Assembly: GCF_001194135.2 (NCBI RefSeq)
Contig: NC_068993.1
Location: forward strand, 15,494,509-15,530,004
Origin: Octopus bimaculoides
Taxonomy: Eukaryota
Direction: 5' to 3'
DNA: 35,496 nucleotides
How positions within the stretch are numbered: position 1 is the first letter of the stretch; the number at the start of each line of letters is the position of its first letter. Below, piece by piece: positions 12,006-22,960 of the stretch. A model generated the notes under the pieces. It had not been told where the DNA came from, searched no databases, and saw only the letters and a program-made list of their open reading frames with translations. The position numbers and the translations under genes are program-made.

Positions 12006-12944
12006 TAAAACAATATGCTTATTTTAAAGTATATGCAACACTAATAGCCTTTGTTTTTAAGCATAAGTTATCTTATCAAACAATCTCTGAAATCTTCAGA
12101 TCCTTCAAATATTCTTTTAATATAATGGCGTACAACGAATACTTTATACCAGCACAATATATTATCTTCGGTTTTCATTTCCCTTTCGTAACCTGTATTG
12201 ATCTGACATTTATTCAATCCTTCACAATTTCGTCCAGGTTCGCAATCTATCCCAGAATGTCGTTACTGAAGAAATTCTTAGAGAAACCCAATTGCAGGTT
12301 TTGTCATGTAACACTTCTCCATTTATATAACTATAAATATTTTATCAAATAACCATTAATCTCTTAGTTTAATGCTCCGTTCTCTAGTTCCCTTAAATAC
12401 CCATACCTACGCGATTATGTCTTGCCAGCAGTTAGTCCTGCTTCTATGACATCAAACTTCATAGTGCTGCTGCAAAGTGAATTATCTACAATGTTTGGGA
12501 GCGAAAACCAATTTCCTACTATACATCCCTTGTCCACACTGTTGTAATTCATTCATCTTCTTTCTTATACGACATCTCAAATTTTGCTTTCTTAAACACA
12601 ACCATACATATATACACAATCTTCTCTCACCCTCAATTATTTTTTTTCACACATCGAGACATGTTAATTACATCAGCTGTCACTAAAACTACTCTATTAT
12701 GTCAGTTATTGACATCTTTTTTTTTCTGATCGTATAAGTTTCGGTAATTTTCATAAAAATCTAAGTCTTCATACTTCTGTATTAAATAATATCGTAGTTA
12801 TGAAATACAGAATAGAACAGAAATAAATGACTTGTGGTGTTCTGTTATGTAAATCATCGAAATCCGAAACAGCATAATTGCCATATGTGTGGGCTTGGGC
12901 CAATACTAGCAATCACTATCACCATTTATTCCTCTCTCATTTCT

Positions 12945-12954
12945 GTTATTATTA

Positions 12955-13019
<65 letters not shown>

Positions 13020-13020
13020 T
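12945..13020. repeat. (ATT)n array abutting the 3' end of an RLE retrotransposon
   Basis: Seen directly. Confidence 0.97.
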
Positions 13021-14125
13021 GATGAAAACTCTCAGCGTATCTTGCTGGGTATAATGGAAAGTTTTATCTGCCCACAGCCAACAGACGAAATTTTACTGAC
13101 CATGCTTCAAGAACCTTACGAAGAACTCTTGCAGTTCCAAGCAATAATGATTTTTGTGAGTTCTATATTCCCATTTGTACCAATCTTTTTGAGCCATGTT
13201 GGTAGTTGAGAGCTCAAACTTCCAAGTGCACCAATTACTATTGATATCACGTCCACTCACTTCAATGCCATCAACCTGTGTATTTTTCACTTCAATTCAT
13301 CATAGCTGTTCACTTTTCTTCTTGTTTATTTTCGATCTTGTTGTCACCGGGACATGCTATGTCGTTCATCATCCGAGTTTTTCTTTTTTCTTTTCGTTCA
13401 CCACAACAATGCCGGATTTCCGATGACTGATCTGATAGTCACACTGAATCATTGCATCCCACAAGATTTTGTAATCTCCATTCTCATTTACGTCTTCTAA
13501 GAGTTGGTCATACCACGTTTCAGATCTTTCTAGGTCATAATCTCCACACTGCTCCCAATGGGTCTTTGTTTCTGCATTGTCATATCGTCTTTTGTATTCG
13601 CATTGTGCCACTTTCGAGTATTCACAAATAACGTGCCTTACTGTTTCACCACTCTCACTACACATCCTGCATTTGTCACTCACAGTTCTGATGTCAATAC
13701 TGCACTTCACGTAGTTCGTTTCCAATGCTTCTTCTTTTCTTCTTGTATCACGCATATAAGTGTTTTTACTTCTATCTTCAGGTCACTTCTCTACATCCAT
13801 AACCACGGGTCTTCTTTAACTGTCTTGACGTTCATATTTCTTGCAAACTGGCTGTATATTTCCTTTCCCATGCTATTTTTCTCGTGCAATTTCCTCTTTA
13901 AGCTTTTGCTTCTTTACACAATTATCAATTTTGATGATGCCTTATTTCTTCACGTTTCAACAATAGTTACCCGCCATTCTTTGTATCTTATTGTTACCTG
14001 TTCTTATCTGCTCCAACACAATCCTGACAACTGATCGAACCTCCCTCACTTTCTTCAAGACAAGTACATCCTATCAATGTAAGGCTTGGGATGGAATGCC
14101 CCATGCACTGTCAATATTTTCCGTG
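13021..14125 (-). mobile_element. Non-LTR retrotransposon 3' fragment with zinc knuckle and restriction-like endonuclease (R4/Dong-like), pseudogenised
   Basis: Minus-strand translations with stops and frameshifts: LHPKSDIDRMYL...SQFARNM...EDPWLWM; ETNYVKCSID...DKCRMCSESGETVRHVICE (CCHC-type); KILWDAMIQCDYQISHRKSGIVVV...DIACPGD; VDVISIVIGALG; QKSLLLGTARVLRKVL. These are typical RLE-clade C-terminal motifs. Confidence 0.88.
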
Positions 14126-14151
14126 TCTTCCATTGTCATCGGTTCATCATT

Positions 14152-14607
14152 AACGCGGGGAGCTGGCAAAATGGTTAGCACGGCAGAAAAAATGCTTTGC
14201 AGCATTTCGCCTGTCTATAGGTTCTGAGTTCAACTTCTGCCGAGGTTGACTTCGCCTTTCATCCTTTCGGGATTGGTAAAATATGTACCTCTTGAGCTCT
14301 GGGATCGATATAATCGACTATCCACACTCCCCAGAAATTACTGGCTTTCTGCCAAAATTCGAAGTCATCATTATTGTTGTTAAGGTAGCGAGGTAGTAGA
14401 ATCTTTGGCACGCTGGGCAAAATGCTTAGTGGCATTTCGTTCGTCTTTACGTTCTGAGTTCAAATTCTGCCAAGGTCGACTTTATTTTTAATCCTTTCGG
14501 AATCGATTACATAAATACCAGTCACGTACCGATGTCGGGATGATAGACGAACAATCCCACCTCCCCACAAAATTACCAGCATTGTGTTTATAGCAGAAAG
14601 AATTATT
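14152..14607 (+). mobile_element. Two head-to-tail SINE family A copies (14152-14372, 14382-14607)
   Basis: GGGGAGCTGGCAAAATGGTTAGCACG and AAGGTAGCGAGGTAGTAGAATC heads; both have TTCTGAGTTCAA and GTCGACTT/GTTGACTT; joined by ATTATTGTTGTT. Confidence 0.85.
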
Positions 14608-15953
14608 AATAACATTATTACTGTCATCACTATTATAATCACAAACACATTTTTTTCTTGAATCAAATATAACAAAAATAGAAGAAACATTTTATTATCC
14701 TACCGTACTTGAAAACCTCGCATTGCAACGAGTTTTATGTACATTAAACATCTATTTTTACTTCTATATCAGTGATTCGAAACATTGCATCGTATCAAAT
14801 ATTTTTAAATTATTCCTTACGGCCATTACCTAGCAGCATAAATTCCACGAATATTCCATATCTACTGTGTGGCGTGTAACTGTGTTACAACTTGTATTGT
14901 AACTGCTAGACATTAGTAGTTTGCAATTCACAATAAGATATCCTATCTTCATGGTGAACTAACATATTTTACTGAGTGACGGTGCTTCGGAATAGATAGC
15001 ATCTTCTTTCTTGTATGAACTGTATTGCTGTACTGCAATTATCGCTGCACAGCGGAAAGTGCATGGTAGTAGTTTGTACACCAAATCAGAAATTGTCGAT
15101 ATGAAACAGAAATGTTTATCGATAATCGATTCCATAAGCTTATTTTAAGAACGGGAGATATTGAGGAATCTATAAGGAGGATAAATAAATGCATTAAGAT
15201 AAATTTCAGGTTAGAAGAGAAGGTGCAATATAATAAATTGATCGATTAATGGCAGTATTATCAAGAGGTTTGGTTGTGTTCATAAAATATGCCAATAATA
15301 TTTCGGTCGAGGGCCGCAGCTGTCAAATGCAATCAGTCGGTCTGATGTCGACCAAGGGGTCCACAGTTTGCATCCAGCTATTAGTATTGAATAAAGCCGA
15401 ACCTTCATGCTAATGACACACTACATCACGTCGTAAAAATTAGTTTCGATGCAAGTTGATTGATCGTTATTACAGCAATCATATGGATTATTAAAAATAA
15501 ATATTTATTGATGTTGCGAAGAAATCGTGAAAGACAACGAATAAGACGCTTCATAATACCCCAGACAAGTTTGGGATATTGTGACTGATTTTTTAAAATG
15601 TTTTTTGATTAGCTGTAGTAAGCAATGAATAATTACACCATGACAAGAAGCTAACCGTACAAATACTTTGTTTAAAATGGCATTTCAATAGCTGAATGTG
15701 TCCACATATGAGTTTTCGTTCAGCTAATATCTACAACGATAACAAGATTTGACAGAAATTAGTAATTCTAAATAATTAATGCCTTAATAATCATTTTTCT
15801 ATATTACGGAGCAGATTTAGTCAATGAGTATATCGAGCGGGATAATTTACGCTGCAAATTTACTTTCGCAAGACCGTATCTACTAACATTCCACTTTCAA
15901 ATTCTGCCATGGTAAACCTAGCCTCTTACTCTGATTGGGTTAATAAATATGAA

Positions 15954-16272
15954 CATGGCACTCCGTCGGCTACGACGTCGAGGGTTTCAGTTCACCCGAT
16001 CAACGGAACAGCCTGCTCGTGAAATTAACGTGAAAGTTACCGAGCACTCTTCAGACACGCGTACCTTTAACGTAATACCCAGGGTGATTCAATGTGACTC
16101 AGGATAAGACAAGGCTGGACCTTTCAGATGCAGATACATCGCACATTTGCCTGATGATTCGACTGGATCAACGTGAAATAAAGTGTCTTAAGGACACAAC
16201 AAACTGCTGAGCATCGAACTCCTGATCTTGCGATCTTGAGCCGAATACCATAACCACCAATCCAAGCAGTTT
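15954..16272 (-). mobile_element. SINE family C, second copy
   Basis: Collinear with 5863-6189 (CACTCCGTCG...GCTCGTGAAATT...CAACGTGAAATAAAGTGTCTT). Confidence 0.85.
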
Positions 16273-16370
16273 CGCATATGAACATACTACATATAGAATC
16301 TAGTGATTGTTTACCCAATAGGTTTGTCTTTATACCTTAATGTAAATACTCATTATTGACAACTTGACAT

Positions 16371-16410
16371 GTAGTCTAGTGGTTAGCATGTCTGGGTTCG
16401 AACCTGCCAC
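16371..16410 (+). mobile_element. Deleted tRNA-like SINE head
   Basis: TAGTCTAGTGGTTAGCA (A-box) directly followed by GGGTTCGAACC (B-box); the anticodon arm is missing. Confidence 0.4.
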
Positions 16411-16907
16411 AGAGACATTTATTTTATAATGGCGGTTCCCAAGTATGATCACAAGTTCTAGCTGAAACCAATACAAGAATGGCGCATGGGGTGTCAGTGT
16501 CTGGTTAGACTCAAGTCAGAGGCAGAAAAATCTTTTACATTATTGAGTTCTTAGTTATAATATAATCCTTTCTATTATAAGCACAAGGCCTGAAATTTGG
16601 TGGGAGTCGGGGCAAATGATTACCTACTTATCTCTCCACGTCTTGCCGGTTAGATTATGTCAATATCCCATAGGTCTCACAGTCTCTACACGTCTAATTT
16701 CATCAACCCTAGACAGTCATCCCTTTGGAATTCTCTGCTTATAACTGTTTTCCCTTCAACAAAACACTCCCAGCTACTCACAGAATAATCAGCCCCTTCA
16801 ACCTCATAAATCTTAGAAGAACATCACAAACCTTAGCAAAACTGTTTCCATCAAATTATGCGAGAAAAACATTAGCACTATGTCTGCCCCCCTTTTCTTT
16901 TAGTAAA

Positions 16908-17128
16908 TTGACCGTTTAGCATTCAGATTACCCCTTAAATTGTAAAGCATTTTTTATTCAATTGTTTTGAATTATCCATACATTGTCTTACAGCTCTGAT
17001 ATTTCAGTCATGTGATTGTTTATTTTTAGACTGGCATTGTAGGTTTGTTGTGAGAGGTCGGATCTGGCCAGATCGAACATAAAACAGAATATTTGGGTCG
17101 GATATGCCTCTTTAATGCTAAAGTGTAA
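16908..17128. mobile_element. Non-autonomous DNA element, piggyBac-type MITE (decayed)
   Basis: Left end TTGA-CCGTTTAGCATT and right end AATGCTAAAGTG-TAAA form imperfect TIRs close to TTAA-CCC termini. The body matches an abundant octopus repeat as I recall it (not searched). Confidence 0.5.
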
Positions 17129-17739
17129 AAAAGAAACCATATTTCTTTATTGAGTGCGTATTTACAGTATTGCGTGGCAAAATCCTAGACCAGGTTTCCT
17201 TTCAGAGCTATTAGATTGCCATATGAGCGGCACGACGTGCCATATTACTTTCGTACAAAGTTCTGCTTATAATTGAATAAATGTTTGTTTGAAGACAATC
17301 TTGCTGCCCTTTAATAAATTATTTATTTGAGAGATGGTCGACAATAGGGATATCGTTGTAGTTATGTGGTCTTAGACTAAATATGCATTTGTTGACTGTC
17401 GGTAATTACAAAGTGAGGGCACTCCTTTGTGTTGTGCCCGAGTAATCTGCGAGTCTCTGCTAGTGTTCTGTTTCAGCCTATAAAGCTGTCCTCCTTAGCC
17501 GTATTTTCTTATTATTTGGATGTTATATATTGGTATTGCTATGTATTGTTTTATCCCTAATATTGTTCTCCTTTGTTATTGTAGATTTCGACCGTTTACT
17601 CGATCTAAATCCTCCAACAATTTTATATTTAAATCTTCCATTTTGTTCTCAAATTCTTGGGCGCTTGTGGCCGAAAAAATTAGTCATTATCATCCTCATT
17701 TTCTTCGTTTCTTCGTCGTCGCCCTTTACTTACACCACC

Positions 17740-17951
17740 ACCACCACAAAGACCACCGCGCCAACCCCAACACTACTACTACTACTACTACTACTAAAGA
17801 CTTTTTTAGTCTTCTACATCTTCATTTGCATCGTCATCATATTTCTTCTTCTTCTTCTTCTTCTTCTTCTTCTTCTTCTTCTTCCTCATCTTCTACTTCC
17901 TCTTCTTCTTCTTCTTCTTCTTCTTCTTCTTCTTCTTCTTCTTCTTCTACT

Positions 17952-17986
<35 letters not shown>

Positions 17987-18008
17987 TTCTTATTATTATT
18001 ATTATTAC

Positions 18009-18049
<41 letters not shown>

Positions 18050-18050
18050 G
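17740..18050. repeat. Compound (ACC)n-(ACT)n-(TCT)n-(ATT)n microsatellite
   Basis: Seen directly; the (TCT)n tract at about 17843-17990 is a long polypyrimidine mirror repeat. Confidence 0.95.
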
Positions 18051-19298
18051 TAGCTAATGGTAGCAATAGTAGTAGTAGGCCGAGGAAGAGAGAACAGTTG
18101 TGTGTGGAAGTGGTTAGTTAGTTATCATTTATCATTTGTTATTTAGTTTTCGTAAAGTACATATTTCTCGTACAATATCCGGCGATCAACGCTTATTGAT
18201 CAAAGAATGCTGGAATTAATGGCAATTTGTCATTCGTTCATCGAAGTGGATTTAAGTATTAAGCAATTGGTAATTCATAAAAACATATAACGTTTCCTCT
18301 CCCACCAAACAGATTGCAGCACACGTATACATGTCAGCAGCAAATAAAATATGAATTATTCGAAATTAATGCTTGTCTTAGACTATTTGAAAACCTTAAG
18401 CCTGTTAGGATAACATTATCGAGGAGAGATTTCGACTAAAAATTGATGGCGTTTTCCTAGCTGTGTATCTTGTGAATATTGCTAACGTTATTGTAGTTGT
18501 TGCTGTTCATACCGTTTCCTGATTAGATATTCTTGCAACTGATATTGATGATAGTATTTTGGTCTAGTGATTCTGTTATACTTTTAGTTGTTTTTGTTGT
18601 TTCGGTTGATAGATTGTATTTATTACTGACGCTCTAGAGCTGGTCGGCTCTGTGAGGTTACATATCAAATACGGTACGGCATTGTCAAAACGAATTAGCT
18701 TATTTAGTTTCGTGTTTCTCCGTTTTCAGTTCGAATCGAGGCTGTGTTGCTATTTGTTCCTTATTTCATCGTTCCGCGCTCGGTGGGGTTTCTAAGTATT
18801 AAATACGTCTCTAGCAAGCGAGTACCACTCACTAATTCGTCTGAGGTACCAGTGTACTCGCGAGCAAATGTAGACACGTACTCGGCTCTCCAAAATTTGA
18901 CTCAATATCCAACTGATAGATAGATAGAGAGATAAATAGATAGAGAGATAGAGAGATAGACAGCTAAAGAAATAAATAGATACATAGATAGATAGACAGA
19001 CAGCTAAATATATATATATATATATATATANNNNNNNNNNNNNNNNNNNNNNNNNNNNNNNNNNNNNNNNNNNNNNNNNNNNNNNNNNNNNNNNNNNNNN
19101 NNNNNNNNNNNNNNNNNNNNNNNNNNNNNNNNNNNNNNNNNNNNNNNNNNNNNNNNNNNNNNNNNNNNNNNNNNNNNNNNNNNNNNNNNNNNNNNNNNAG
19201 ATATGCTTTAGTCCTCACTTAGTCTGAGTAAACTGGAGCAGCGCGAAATGAATTTAATACTAATGATTACGTTGATTGTTTGAAAGTCATATAAAAAC

Positions 19299-19445
19299 AT
19301 ATAGATGTTTTCGATCTAGTTTGGATTGTTTGCCATCAAATTTGAATTCTTTGCCATCAAATATGATGGCAAAGAATTCAAATATGATTGCAAAGAATTC
19401 AAATTTGATAGCAAAGAATCCAAACAAGATCGAAAACATCTATAT
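19299..19445. repeat. Foldback/MITE-like palindrome with 19-bp perfect TIRs and 21-bp internal subunits
   Basis: ATATAGATGTTTTCGATCT (19299-19317) is the exact reverse complement of 19427-19445. Two 21-mers (TTG(G/A)ATT(G/C)TTTGCCATCAAAT) face three inverted copies. Confidence 0.85.
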
Positions 19446-19620
19446 TTACTGTTTTTCTTCACTTCAGGATATTCTTCGATCGTACCTCCCCTGCATATTC
19501 TCTGAGTTTGTTTTTCGGTGCACTCCATCGGCTTCTCATACTGTTCTTATTTCTAACAACTATTACGCATACCCTTCTGATATCGTTCATCAGTATTCTT
19601 TAGTATAAGCTCAAAATGAT

Positions 19621-19726
19621 AAGGCTGTGAGCCGGTAGAATTTTTACCACACTGGACAAAATGCTTGGCGGCATTTCTTCTAACTTTACATTCTGAGTTC
19701 AAATGCAACCAAATTCGACTTTGCCT
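19621..19726 (+). mobile_element. SINE family A 5' half
   Basis: AAGGCTGTGAGCCGGTAGAA...AAATGCTTGGCGGCATTTC...TTCTGAGTTCAAAT...CGACTTTGCCT. Confidence 0.7.
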
Positions 19727-20126
19727 AACAAAATCTGAAACCAATATCAGCACAAAAGTGCCATCCACAAAAAAAAAATCAACTTCACACTAAATCTGCA
19801 TTGTCATTTTAACAGAAATACTGAAAGATGTCGTCTTTACTGTGCATGAATAACATGATGCGACATAAATATCTGAAATATGCTCCAATGTTTAACTAGA
19901 GCTAGCAACTCTCATGTCGGACACACAAATAAAGTTGATAAAATAGAGGTATCCCTCAGGAATTGGCCTTCCCTTCAGAGCTAAAAAATTCTTCACTATA
20001 CAATGCTCCTGGAGATTTTGACCTCAGAATGTAACAGATTCTATATTACACCCGTTTAGCAGCCATTCTAACCGGCACCCATTACATCCTTATGATTTCC
20101 TATTCAGAGACAAACAAAGCTGGAAA

Positions 20127-20255
20127 TAGGCAGAATTGTTAGCACGTCAGACCAAATATTTAGCAGTATTTCGTCCGGCTCGTTAGGTTCTGAGTTCAAA
20201 TCCTGTCGAATGTATGGTCAATTATACATTAGGGGTCAATAGAATAAGGTAGCAC
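20127..20255 (+). mobile_element. SINE family A fragment
   Basis: GGCAGAATTGTTAGCACG...TTAGCAGTATTTCGTC...TTCTGAGTTCAAAT. Confidence 0.65.
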
Positions 20256-20332
20256 TCATGTGCAGGTATCAATGTATATTATTTTCATTATTTACATTCG
20301 ACGGATTATTTGTCCTCATCTTGTTTGTTGTT

Positions 20333-20378
20333 AACAAAATGTTTCGGATGATATACTCGTCAGCCTTCATCAAGTGTC
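20333..20378 (-). ncRNA. Decayed minimal type I hammerhead ribozyme (inverted arm)
   Basis: Minus strand GACAC-TTGATGA-A-GGCTG(ACGAGTATAT)CATCC-GAAAC-ATT-TTGTT. C3 is changed to T; GAAAC is intact. Confidence 0.5.
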
Positions 20379-20414
20379 TTGGGGAATGACGATGAAGGTT
20401 CGAAATTTCCCCAA

Positions 20415-20460
20415 GACACCTGATGACGGCTGGAGGGTATATCAGCCGAAGAGTTGCGTT
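20415..20460 (+). ncRNA. Decayed minimal type I hammerhead ribozyme
   Basis: GACAC-CTGATGA-C-GGCTG(GAGGGTATAT)CAGCC-GAAG-AGTT-GCGTT. Core and 5-bp stem II are intact; A15.1 is changed to G. Confidence 0.6.
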
Positions 20461-20769
20461 AACAATAAACAAGACGAAGACAAATATCCGTCAAATGTAA
20501 ATAATATAAATAATGTACATAATTCCTCATCTCTTAAATATAGAACTGTGGTTTCAATGTAATCAACTTGTCCATAAATCTCGAAATTTCTGGCCTTGAA
20601 CCGCACAACGGATCCGCATCCCGATTAGAGGCCAAGTTGTGATATCGGTCAAACGCCATAGAAAACGGATAACCGGCTTTATAAGCCCTAAGACTCGAGA
20701 ATAAAAGAAAAACACAAAGGCAAGAACTTCTGTATGGAGTAAACAGTTGATCATACTGAACTCATTACT

Positions 20770-21120
20770 CGAATGGCATTTATTTAATAAACCCTAGAAG
20801 AATGAAAAAGAAATTCAACCTGAGTTAGATTTGAACTCACAACCTTTATGGTTATAGCTAAGTACTACAATGTATTTTCTCGGACATTCTAACCGTCCTG
20901 CCAATCTAATAATACCCGACTTCCCGATTAATGGTTTCTGAGAGTGACACAAAACTTCACAAATGCAGAACGAAGAAACAGAATTTGATTTGTAGTTATT
21001 ACATTGATCTTGAACGAATGAAAACAGAATCGACCTCGGCGGGATTCCAACTCAGAAGGTAAAGTTTTGTAACTGAATACCGCAAGGCATAACACCATCG
21101 CCCAACAGATTCTGCAAGTC
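20770..21120 (-). mobile_element. Two decayed SINE family A copies (about 20770-20905 and 21000-21120)
   Basis: ATTTGAACTCA and ATCGACCTCGGCGGGATTCCAACTCAGAA motifs match the family A minus strand. Confidence 0.6.
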
Positions 21121-21811
21121 TATTGTCTTCTCGTAGAAATAATTATAATAGCCTCTGGGGAACAAAAAGAAAAAATATAGAATTTCGAGTTTGATGATTC
21201 TCTGTCAAGCCTTGCGTTAGAGAAGACGTATGTCTTTGCAATCTATTTTTGAATTTTTTCCTGATGTTTATTTAATTAAGCATCATCATTATCATTATTA
21301 TCATTATTGACATATTTTACTCTTTTCAAATTTTATTAAGTTCAAATTTGAACCGTCCTGAAATAAAATTATGTTCGCTTTCACATGACATCTGTTTCTG
21401 AAAGGTAAAGTATGTTCGCTAGATTTATTTCAATATATAATTTTTCATCTTTTTATTTCGTTATCCTCTTGGTGTTGGGAATAGAGCAAACAAAATCTTG
21501 AAGAACGTTGGCTGGTCAGGGAGAGGTGTTACGAAACACTGAGACTTTTTGACATATTTTAATTAAATTAAATTTTGAAATAAAAAAAAAGAACACGCAT
21601 AAATTTGTTTTTTTCTTTTTTTTAAAAAAAAAAAGGATGATTATCAACACAGTTGTTATTTTTGAAATTAAAATTACCACATTTTTATCGTTGCATACAT
21701 ACTGGACTTTGTATTACCAATAACAATATCAATAGTGCTATTATTAATTATTATTACAAACGCTCTTAATACTGGCCATAATATCATATAATAACTTAAA
21801 ATAATATACAT

Positions 21812-22218
21812 CCATATGAACATTAGAGTCCGCAAATATCTCCGAGTAAAACCACCAATTGAAGAGAATATGACCAAGAACTGCGTATACTCCATCCCAT
21901 GCAGCTGTGGTAGGTTATACAAAGGCGAAACGTACTGCCCCTTCAAAATAAGGGTAGACGAACAATGCAAAGCTGTGACACGAGGAGATATTGATAAATC
22001 AGGTATAGCTGATCATGTATGAAAAATGGAGACCACCTCCCCTTGTGGGATGAAGTTAAAATAATAGACGAGAACACCACTGAAAAATACGAAAACTAAA
22101 AGAAGCAGCACATATGCTAGAACACAACTTTCTAAGCAGACCAAGTGCAGATATGAATAGCATATGTGAAACGGTATTAAGGAAGGATTGGAGAATATTA
22201 AATTTATAAGCATGCCCA
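21812..22218 (+). mobile_element. Penelope-like element, GIY-YIG endonuclease / ORF 3' end (frameshifted)
   Basis: RKYLRVKPPIEENMTKNCVYSIPCSCGRLYKGET...KSGIADHV, then after frameshifts KNGDHLPLWDEVKIID...RKLKEAAHML. These are PLE endonuclease motifs (VYxIPCxCxxxYxGET, ADH, E..H). Confidence 0.9.
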
Positions 22219-22219
22219 A

Positions 22220-22344
22220 GGGAATATGGCGTAGTGGCTAAGAGCGCGAGCTACTAACCCAAGATTCCGAGTTCGATTACTGGTAGGGACCTGAATAATA
22301 ATATGGAAAAAAATACCTTAGGAATGAAAACCCAGGTTAGAAAT
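22220..22344 (+). mobile_element. tRNA-like Pol III head plus (AAT)3 and linker, fused to the Penelope ORF end
   Basis: GGGAATATGGCGTAGTGGCTAAGAGCGCGAGCTACTAACCCAAGATTCCGAGTTCGATTACTGGTAGGGACC contains A-box TGGCGTAGTGG, loop CTACTAA and B-box GAGTTCGATT. Acceptor and T stems pair poorly, so it is not a functional tRNA. Confidence 0.75.
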
Positions 22345-22345
22345 G

Positions 22346-22578
22346 TTAGAATTTCTAAGCAATTTTGACTGTGCCACTAATAGACTGAATTGGGAGAATT
22401 CACGTCCGTTTCTTTTTCTCTTTTTCCGTGAAACAAATATTTCTAGGTTTAGGTGCAAATTTGTTGGTACGTAACCTAATGCACCTATGATGATAAGTAC
22501 AAATGGGAAACTGTTGCGACAGCACAAGAACTGTAGGTTCCGCATTGCTTCACCATAAATATTCTCTCTTCCTACATT
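22346..22578 (-). mobile_element. RLE non-LTR retrotransposon C-terminal fragment (different subfamily)
   Basis: RENIYGEAMRNLQFL...FVLIIIGALGYVPTNLHLNLE, then after a frameshift IQSISGTVKIA. Confidence 0.7.
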
Positions 22579-22960
22579 TCTAATTATACATTCACATTTC
22601 TAACTATATATTTCTACATTTCTAACAATGTATTCACATTTCTAGGTATACATTCCACTGGATAGTTGAACACTAGAACAATGCATAGCTTCCATTGCCT
22701 TATGTATGTATGTATCTTTATAAAATCAACAAACTCGAAAACAGTCTATATATGAATTTAATGTTCAGCGATAGAAGAAAGTTGTCTTTGGTGTTTCGAG
22801 CTTAGGCTTTTGTCGAGAATAATATTTGCAAGAAAGAGAAGGAGTTATCGACGAGTGAAAGGAAAATTTTAAATGAAGACTTAGTATGTGTTGGACTGCG
22901 TTTGGTCATATAGAAAAATGGTTTTATACATACACACATATATATGAACTCTTTTACTAT

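Larger units (their letters stand above)
20271..20550. mobile_element. Penelope-type inverted terminal repeat (pLTR pair)
   Basis: Arms at about 20271-20386 and 20407-20520 are imperfect reverse complements around a 20-nt spacer; each arm holds an HHR-like motif. Inverted pLTRs with HHRs are a known PLE hallmark, and a PLE endonuclease fragment lies about 1.3 kb away. Confidence 0.75.

Noticed and set aside
12388-12543. Possible exon SLKYPYLRDYVLPAVSPAS... after a CTCTAG acceptor
   Set aside because: The peptide is unrecognised, the donor is ambiguous and the phase does not join the 6540-6638 candidate. It needs RNA-seq.
17206-17275. Good acceptor TTTCCTTTCAG followed by short open frames
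   Set aside because: No clear donor, frames end within about 24 codons, and no recognisable peptide.
19321-19425. CRISPR-like regular repeats
   Set aside because: The units are contiguous with no spacers, switch orientation, and lie in eukaryotic DNA.
22220-22292. Call as a genuine tRNA-Ser(ACT) gene
   Set aside because: Acceptor, anticodon and T stems pair poorly, there is no T-run terminator, and it is embedded in TE fragments. Treated as a tRNA-derived head.
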